From a virus: a stretch of DNA of 64,000 bases. Position numbers and translations under genes: made by a program. The notes under the pieces were generated by a model that was not told the DNA's origin, did no database searches, and saw only the letters and a list, made by a program, of their open reading frames with translations. Positions 58,121-64,000 of the stretch are shown piece by piece (position 1 is the stretch's first letter; the number at the start of each line of letters is the position of its first letter). The stretch spans positions 32,001-96,000 of IMG/VR virus record IMGVR_UViG_3300020411_003736; one strand, 5' to 3'.

Positions 58121-60655
58121 CTAAAAAAATCTTTCTACTGTATTTTCTTTATCTACAGGCATATCCCAACTCAGAGCATCATAAAACATCTTTATCTTCT
58201 TTGTTAATGCCCTATCAAATAATTTATCCCTATCTATATATTTCTCTATAAAATCCATCACTTCTTCAGGATCGTCATAACCTTTATATGCAATAGCATC
58301 CAATTGATATGGATTGTTCTTTAAATACACCCATTTAATTTTACTATGGTCTCTAATAGGTTCTAAATGATTAGCTTTAAAATATTTTAATAAATCATTA
58401 TAAGAAACCGAAGCCTTTACATGTACTGGAGCTCCAGATTTCATTGTGGTAAACATATCCTTACCCTTACCTTTTTGTGAATATTTCTTAATTCCCTTTA
58501 CTCCACTTGGTAGAGATATATCAACAATATCATTGGAATCTAAACTCTTTTTAAACTTCAATATAAACTCATCTATCTTATCTTTCTCAATGTTATGTAA
58601 AATAGCCTTTAATACATTGGTCATAAACTTTTGAAATGCTGGTGGGAATGAACTCCTTACAATATCCAAACCCTTAACATCAAGTTTCTCTACTTCCAAA
58701 CCACCATCATTAATAATCCATTGACCATATCTCTTTTTAGTAACCCAAAAGGCAGACTTAGCAATAACTTCTTGCTTAATATCAAATCTATGTTCACCCC
58801 TTACATTTAAAAACTTCTGAGCAAAATAATTATAAGACTTATTAATATAACTCTGTACCTCATCAGCAATTTCTAATATCTGTTTAGTCATAAACTTATC
58901 ATCACTCAAATCTGCATTAGGAAATCTCTGTTTAACCAATGGTATGGCAGAATAGAAAACCGAATCAGTATCAGTATAGATACAATAATCCTCTTTAGTT
59001 TTTAAACTCTGATTGTAATAATGATTGGCAATCTTCTCTGTGAATTGAATTAACTTCACACCTGTAGTAGTGGTAGCCTCAGCATTATCTATGTCATAAA
59101 ACCTAAAGACTGTCAAACCCAATACCCCATAGAAACTATTTAAGAGAATCTTCTGAACATATTGTCTTCTATCGAAATAACCATGTAACTCATCATTACC
59201 CTCTTTACCATACTTCTTTGCCAAACCTCTATACTCCACCCTTTCATTAAACCACTTCTCAAGTATTGCAGGTATGATACCTTTTTTATCCAAATGATAC
59301 AATATCCCATTTGAAGATATAGACACCTCATTCTTACTAAAGAAATCTTTTAACTCACCAGTAGAAAATCTACGAATTATCTTTTCACCCTTTCTAACTG
59401 TATATGTCTTTTCCTCTTCTTTTAAAAATTCTTCAGCATCCCAACCTTCAATTTTACCTATCTTTGTTTCAGGTGATATATTGAGTGTCATAATAGTGGA
59501 TGGATACATAGAAGTTAAATCTAAATCAAATACCCACTCATACCTACCTGGATTTGGATCTTTCACATAAGCACCACTAAATCTACCAGCAGAATCATCA
59601 TATTTAGCATTATGTCTTTTACTTGGAGCAACTAAACCAAGACTTCTCAAATAAGTCAACATAGCACCTTCAATGTATCGAGAACTAAAGTAAACCTCTT
59701 CATAAGGTATCCTACCCATATGTGATACAGCCTTAGCCAAATCAATTAACTTTAACTTCTTTTCCAATGCTACAATAATCTTAACATCAACTAAATTATA
59801 TTCAACAAACTTTTCAATATCATTTTCTAATAATTGGTCTAATGTACCTTCATACTCAACCTTACCCATACCAACTTCTATCTGACCTATATAATCCAAT
59901 CGATAACTAGACCTATTGACATAAGTGAATTTCTTATACAACTCCAAATAATCTAACGAACTAACACCAGCTATTCTATATCTCTTTTTGTTCTGATTAT
60001 ACACAACTTTACCTATTGGTGAAAGAGCATTAGCTACTTCCAAACCCATAACTTGAGCTAATCTATTATACAAATAAGGTATATCGAAATTATCACTATT
60101 CCAACCCGTAACTATAGTTGGTTTAAAATCCATCCAATACTTCATCAACGCCCGTAACAATTCATATTCCGAATCAAAAATAAATACATTTTTTCGTGAA
60201 GTGGATATTTTTTTATCATTACTCCTGAAGTTTTGGTTGTTACCTAATACATAAACTTTATATTCTTCATCTATATTGTTATAAAGTGCGACAGAAGTGA
60301 TTTTATTCTTAGCTTCTTCTGGCATTGGGAAACCATCTGTAACTTCAACCTCAATATCAAAATACAACTCACGGTGATTTTTGGATGGTTCATCAGAATC
60401 AGGATATCTATCAATTAAAATACGAGTATCTAATGGTATATCAGATTCAAATACTCTACCACTCGTAAAATCCTCTTCGGTCCAATAATTAACCTTTTTT
60501 AACTTATCTCCATAGATGGAACGATATTGCCCACCACCATCTTTAACATAAGCATAATTTTTATATATAAAATTCTGATAACCAGCTACATCATCCCAAA
60601 GATGAACTTCTACTTGATTATTCGCTCGTTTCTCAGACCAAATATTCTGATACAT
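58121..60655 (-). CDS. Family B DNA polymerase (T4 gp43-like)
   Basis: Exo motifs FDIE, GWN...FD and YN..D; Pol motifs DLTSMYPS, KILLNSFYG, YTDTDS and KKRY. Confidence 0.96.
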   Translation of the reverse strand: MYQNIWSEKRANNQVEVHLWDDVAGYQNFIYKNYAYVKDGGGQYRSIYGDKLKKVNYWTEEDFTSGRVFESDIPLDTRILIDRYPDSDEPSKNHRELYFDIEVEVTDGFPMPEEAKNKITSVALYNNIDEEYKVYVLGNNQNFRSNDKKISTSRKNVFIFDSEYELLRALMKYWMDFKPTIVTGWNSDNFDIPYLYNRLAQVMGLEVANALSPIGKVVYNQNKKRYRIAGVSSLDYLELYKKFTYVNRSSYRLDYIGQIEVGMGKVEYEGTLDQLLENDIEKFVEYNLVDVKIIVALEKKLKLIDLAKAVSHMGRIPYEEVYFSSRYIEGAMLTYLRSLGLVAPSKRHNAKYDDSAGRFSGAYVKDPNPGRYEWVFDLDLTSMYPSTIMTLNISPETKIGKIEGWDAEEFLKEEEKTYTVRKGEKIIRRFSTGELKDFFSKNEVSISSNGILYHLDKKGIIPAILEKWFNERVEYRGLAKKYGKEGNDELHGYFDRRQYVQKILLNSFYGVLGLTVFRFYDIDNAEATTTTGVKLIQFTEKIANHYYNQSLKTKEDYCIYTDTDSVFYSAIPLVKQRFPNADLSDDKFMTKQILEIADEVQSYINKSYNYFAQKFLNVRGEHRFDIKQEVIAKSAFWVTKKRYGQWIINDGGLEVEKLDVKGLDIVRSSFPPAFQKFMTNVLKAILHNIEKDKIDEFILKFKKSLDSNDIVDISLPSGVKGIKKYSQKGKGKDMFTTMKSGAPVHVKASVSYNDLLKYFKANHLEPIRDHSKIKWVYLKNNPYQLDAIAYKGYDDPEEVMDFIEKYIDRDKLFDRALTKKIKMFYDALSWDMPVDKENTVERFF

Positions 60656-60687
60656 TTAGATTATAAAATCCCCATTTTCGATATGTA

Positions 60688-60728
60688 AATTTAACCATAA
60701 AACCATATAGATGTCAAGCTTTTTTTAA
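60688..60728 (-). promoter_or_regulatory. Promoter of the DNA polymerase operon
   Basis: AAAAAAAGCTTGACA-N18-TAAATT. Confidence 0.7.
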
Positions 60729-60760
60729 AATAAAATGGGGGCTATATTTCAAGCCCCCAA
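60727..60760 (-). terminator. Intrinsic terminator after the TonB receptor
   Basis: TGGGGGCT-TGAAATAT-AGCCCCCA-TTTTATTTT. Confidence 0.8.
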
Positions 60761-60769
60761 ATTACCATT

Positions 60770-63502
60770 TTAGAAATTGACCGATAGGCCAAGATTGAAG
60801 TGTCTTGGTGTTCCCAAGAATACTTCGGCATTATGAGCTGCGTGAACTTTGTCACCATACCCATTGTACTTACTGTTATCAACAGCATCTTGTACATAAA
60901 CATCATCAAGCGCATTAAATAAATGTGCAGATAATGTCATATCATAACCAGCGATTTGTGGTAGTTTGTATGATAGATGTAAATCAAGTTTGGAATAACC
61001 TGGGGCTTTCCATACTTGAGCTCTATCTTCTTCACCATCAACTTCACGAGCATCAGGACTCCAATCAGCGTAATTGTCATCATACATTTTGTATAGTCCT
61101 TGGATACTTAGTCCTTCAATTGGTTTCAATGTCAAACCACCAACATAAGCAGTTTGTGGCATATCTCCAACTTTCAACTCATTAAGAGCATAAGTATATT
61201 GAGTAGTCATTTGTCCTACGACCTGACCTTCTTCATTATACTCCATTTCTTGATAATCACCTATTGCGTCACCATCAAAGAACCAATCACCTTTGCTGAA
61301 AACAAAGTCAACATCCACCATTTCATGTAATGCAACTTTTGCTTCAACTTCAACACCAGTATGACTTTGGTTCACACCCTTTAGATAAATAATATCAGTA
61401 TCACCTGAATCACCTTGACCTGTTTCTACAGATTTTGTAAGGTTTCTATCTTTCCATTGAGTGTTATAGAAACTACCTTTAAGATTAACCAAATCACTTG
61501 CGTATTTTCCACCAACTTCAAAGCTTTGAAACTTCTCATTGTCTGGATTAGAAGCGACTGTACCATCATAGGCAATTACATTATCCAAAATCGGTGGTTT
61601 TTCAACATATCCAACATTAGCAAATGCTGACATTCTATCATCAAGATTGAATACACCACCACCTTTCACTTGAAAAGTAGTAATGTTATCAGCAACAACT
61701 TTAGAAGCATCAACTGCAAAATGGTCTAAGTAAGAGTATCCAATAGTAGATATTCCACCCATACCATAAAGGTTGAACTTCTGTATGTCGTATTTACCTT
61801 GTAGGAAAGCACCAAACCAATCAACCGTAGTTTCGTTGTGATAAGCGATAATATCACCTAACCCAACTTTCTTACCATCAGGTGCGTTATCATCAGCAAA
61901 GTCTACATAGTAGTCTCCACCAAGTAAATCACGAACCTCACGAGCGTGTTCGATACCAGCAGTTCTCCAATCAATACCGACTTGTACCTCTAAATCATCA
62001 TTTACATCATAATTTAGTTTGGAAATCAATCCATAGGTATTTTGTCTGTTAATTGAATTACGAAGTATACCAGTTGACCTATTCTCACTATCTGACCAAG
62101 CTGAATCGATGTTTGCTGAGTTTTCAGCAATCTCACCGTTCCAATCCCATGTCCAAGGTGAACTTGAGTACCAAGCATTCCCTTCGATAGCAGGAAATCG
62201 TTTAACACTCCCATAAGTACCTGTACCACCTCCTGAACCACCACTCCAATACAAGATTGAACTTAGTCTAACTTGGTCATTTACATCATAGAAATGATTA
62301 AGATTGACTAATGGTTTATGAAAGAAATTTTCTCTTTCGTTCAGTAGTGTTGAACTGTACCTATCAGTTGTTCTCGCACCATACATATACCAATATTGTT
62401 GGCCTGTGTATGATGGATCAACGGGTGCCCAGTTCTGATTGAAAAACCTACCAGCTTCATGCTCAAACTTCTCACCTTCAGCGAAAGCCTGAGTATCATA
62501 TCCATCAACATCACCAGCCAACTCTTGTGAATAAGTTGCTATGTTCTGTTTATATAGGTTTTGTCCATGTCTTTGTGGAGCACCAATTGCATATAACTCA
62601 AATCGTTGGTCATCAGATACAGCATAAGATGTACCAAGATAATAAGCCCAAGCATCTGTCCAAGTACCATCAATAAAACCATCACCAGTTTTACGAACAA
62701 CAGTACCACTAACAGCAAGCTTATCACCAATTAAACCTGAGTTATAATTCAAAGTAGATTTAAGGAATCCACCCTCACCTACTTCTTGTTTGAACTTACC
62801 ACCCTTTTCGTGAGCAGCAGGATCGGTGATTATATTCATTGTTCCACCAATGGATGGTGTAGCAAGATTTACAGCTGATAGACCTCTTTGCATCTGAATG
62901 GAAGAAGTAGCATCACCTACACCATCCCAATTAGACCAATAGACCCATCCGTTCTCCATATCATTTTGGGGAACACCATTTATCATTACTGCAACATTCC
63001 GTTGATTAAAACCTCTCACATTTATACGAGCGTCACCAGCCCCACCACCTTGTTGAGTAGCATATACACTTGGCGTAGTATTAAGAATCATTGGAATATC
63101 TTGAGAACCGAGCCTCACTTCCATTTCAACTTTATCTACAGTAGTATAAGCAACAGGTGTCTTTTCGTCAGCCCGTGAAGCCAAGACTTCAAGCTCTGAC
63201 ATTGTAACAGCGTCAACTTCTAATAAGAAATTAACTGTTCCAACTATGTCATTCACCGTAACAGTATTTGTTACTGATGAATACCCAATAAATGAAGCAG
63301 TTACATCATAGTCACCTTGAGCACCAACATCAATAGTGTATTTACCAGACTCGTCTGTTACACCACCTTTATCAGTTCCCTCAACAACCACATTAGCTCC
63401 AACCAAAGGGTTTGATTCCGCATCTGCAACTACACCTACAATGGCTTGACCAAACAAACCTGTCGTGAGTAGTACAGCTACGATTAGATTACGATTATTC
63501 AT
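60770..63502 (-). CDS. TonB-dependent receptor with N-terminal carboxypeptidase-regulatory-like domain
   Basis: Signal peptide; PLVGANVVV.GT..G.VTD..G.Y; plug motif RINVRGF...NGVP.ND; C-terminal TPRHFNLGLSVNF. Confidence 0.92.
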   Translation of the reverse strand: MNNRNLIVAVLLTTGLFGQAIVGVVADAESNPLVGANVVVEGTDKGGVTDESGKYTIDVGAQGDYDVTASFIGYSSVTNTVTVNDIVGTVNFLLEVDAVTMSELEVLASRADEKTPVAYTTVDKVEMEVRLGSQDIPMILNTTPSVYATQQGGGAGDARINVRGFNQRNVAVMINGVPQNDMENGWVYWSNWDGVGDATSSIQMQRGLSAVNLATPSIGGTMNIITDPAAHEKGGKFKQEVGEGGFLKSTLNYNSGLIGDKLAVSGTVVRKTGDGFIDGTWTDAWAYYLGTSYAVSDDQRFELYAIGAPQRHGQNLYKQNIATYSQELAGDVDGYDTQAFAEGEKFEHEAGRFFNQNWAPVDPSYTGQQYWYMYGARTTDRYSSTLLNERENFFHKPLVNLNHFYDVNDQVRLSSILYWSGGSGGGTGTYGSVKRFPAIEGNAWYSSSPWTWDWNGEIAENSANIDSAWSDSENRSTGILRNSINRQNTYGLISKLNYDVNDDLEVQVGIDWRTAGIEHAREVRDLLGGDYYVDFADDNAPDGKKVGLGDIIAYHNETTVDWFGAFLQGKYDIQKFNLYGMGGISTIGYSYLDHFAVDASKVVADNITTFQVKGGGVFNLDDRMSAFANVGYVEKPPILDNVIAYDGTVASNPDNEKFQSFEVGGKYASDLVNLKGSFYNTQWKDRNLTKSVETGQGDSGDTDIIYLKGVNQSHTGVEVEAKVALHEMVDVDFVFSKGDWFFDGDAIGDYQEMEYNEEGQVVGQMTTQYTYALNELKVGDMPQTAYVGGLTLKPIEGLSIQGLYKMYDDNYADWSPDAREVDGEEDRAQVWKAPGYSKLDLHLSYKLPQIAGYDMTLSAHLFNALDDVYVQDAVDNSKYNGYGDKVHAAHNAEVFLGTPRHFNLGLSVNF

Positions 63503-63509
63503 AAATCGT

Positions 63510-63570
63510 CTCCTGTATTTCGTTAACGAAAAGGCACATTTTTCTACAGGTGTGCCATCTGCCTGTCCGC
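63510..63570 (-). promoter_or_regulatory. Candidate translational switch (two alternative pseudoknots) over the RBS
   Basis: CCTGTA can pair with the upstream ACAGG or with TACAGG inside the AGGAG RBS; the GGCACA/TGTGCC helix is shared. Confidence 0.55.
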
Positions 63571-63588
63571 TTTTTATGTATGTGAATT

Positions 63589-63999
63589 TTAATTGGATTC
63601 CCCAACAGGAGGTATTTCATCTACCATAGGAACAATCTCGCAAACATCATTATTGCAAAATTTATCTACATCTGCCTCTTCACCCTCAACACCAACAAAA
63701 CTTAAATATTTAAGTTTTGAAACTTGGTCGTTATATTCATCTTCACTTATTGCTTCGTAGGGCATTTGTTTATAAGCTCCTAATGGATGTCTTGGTAATA
63801 ACGATATACCTTTTAATCTATATTGAAAATATTTCAGAACATGTGGTAGTTCTTCTGCTTCCGTTTCAGGATCGAATGTAGCAGTACAACTTACTTGATT
63901 ATCTGCCCAATGTCGTTGAAGAAAAGCGGCTAAACTGAATTGTTCCCAAATCGAAAGTTCAGCCGCAGTTCTTATACCCTCTCCAACATCAACTGGCAC
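63589..63999 (-). CDS. nrdJ: Class II (adenosylcobalamin-dependent) ribonucleotide reductase, C-terminal part
   Basis: QRHWADNQVSCTATF, LKGISLLP, YKQMPYEAI and C-terminal FCNNDVC redox pair. Confidence 0.85.
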   Translation of the reverse strand: MPVDVGEGIRTAAELSIWEQFSLAAFLQRHWADNQVSCTATFDPETEAEELPHVLKYFQYRLKGISLLPRHPLGAYKQMPYEAISEDEYNDQVSKLKYLSFVGVEGEEADVDKFCNNDVCEIVPMVDEIPPVGESN

Positions 64000-64000
64000 T

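Noticed and set aside
58121-60655. Intein or intron in the DNA polymerase
   Set aside because: Continuous 844-aa ORF of normal size with no splice-junction motifs.
9680-63178. Many short plus-strand ORFs overlapping minus-strand genes (e.g. 9680, 15445, 25962, 35940, 57400, 62888)
   Set aside because: Antisense shadows of well-supported genes, Ser/Phe/Ile-rich with no motifs.
63503-63588. Canonical cobalamin riboswitch upstream of the TonB receptor
   Set aside because: Too short and lacks the GGGAA and GCCACUG-type B12-box elements.
1-64000. Genome-wide stop-codon reassignment (TGA or TAG)
   Set aside because: Long genes are intact under code 11, and TGA/TAG end many genes with tight overlaps. 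Only the CxxU codon looks recoded.

Overview
AT-rich 64-kb segment of a large, T4-like (myovirus-type) phage genome, probably marine. Almost all genes are on the minus strand, apart from a plus-strand island at about 5.2-7.9 kb. Right to left: the C-terminus of a class II ribonucleotide reductase; a TonB-dependent receptor; a T4-like replication module (family B polymerase, sliding clamp, clamp loader); Mom-like and DUF1599 nucleotide-modification genes; ClpP; a Cas4/RecB-like nuclease; a ~17 kb sugar and glycosyltransferase cluster (Gmd, RfbH-like, NeuB, NeuA, CMAH-like). Further left: peptide deformylase, PhoH, DenV, MazG-like, Hsp20, Hc1-like histone, a DUF4338 / DUF262-HNH / glycosyltransferase module, HD, DnaJ and HAD proteins, a VWA + MoxR AAA+ pair, many small early genes, tRNA-Gly and a large structured RNA. 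Signals missing from the ORF track: (1) an Rdx/SelW-like gene with an in-frame UGA in a CxxU motif and a SECIS-like hairpin, i.e. a candidate phage selenoprotein; (2) a ~3.8 kb island almost free of AGC/GCT that starts at G-rich repeats; (3) a promoter-driven structured ncRNA with kissing loops; (4) a two-state pseudoknot able to mask the ribosome-binding site of the TonB receptor; (5) a 15-aa, 8-Cys micropeptide. All family assignments come from motif recognition by eye; no database searches were run.
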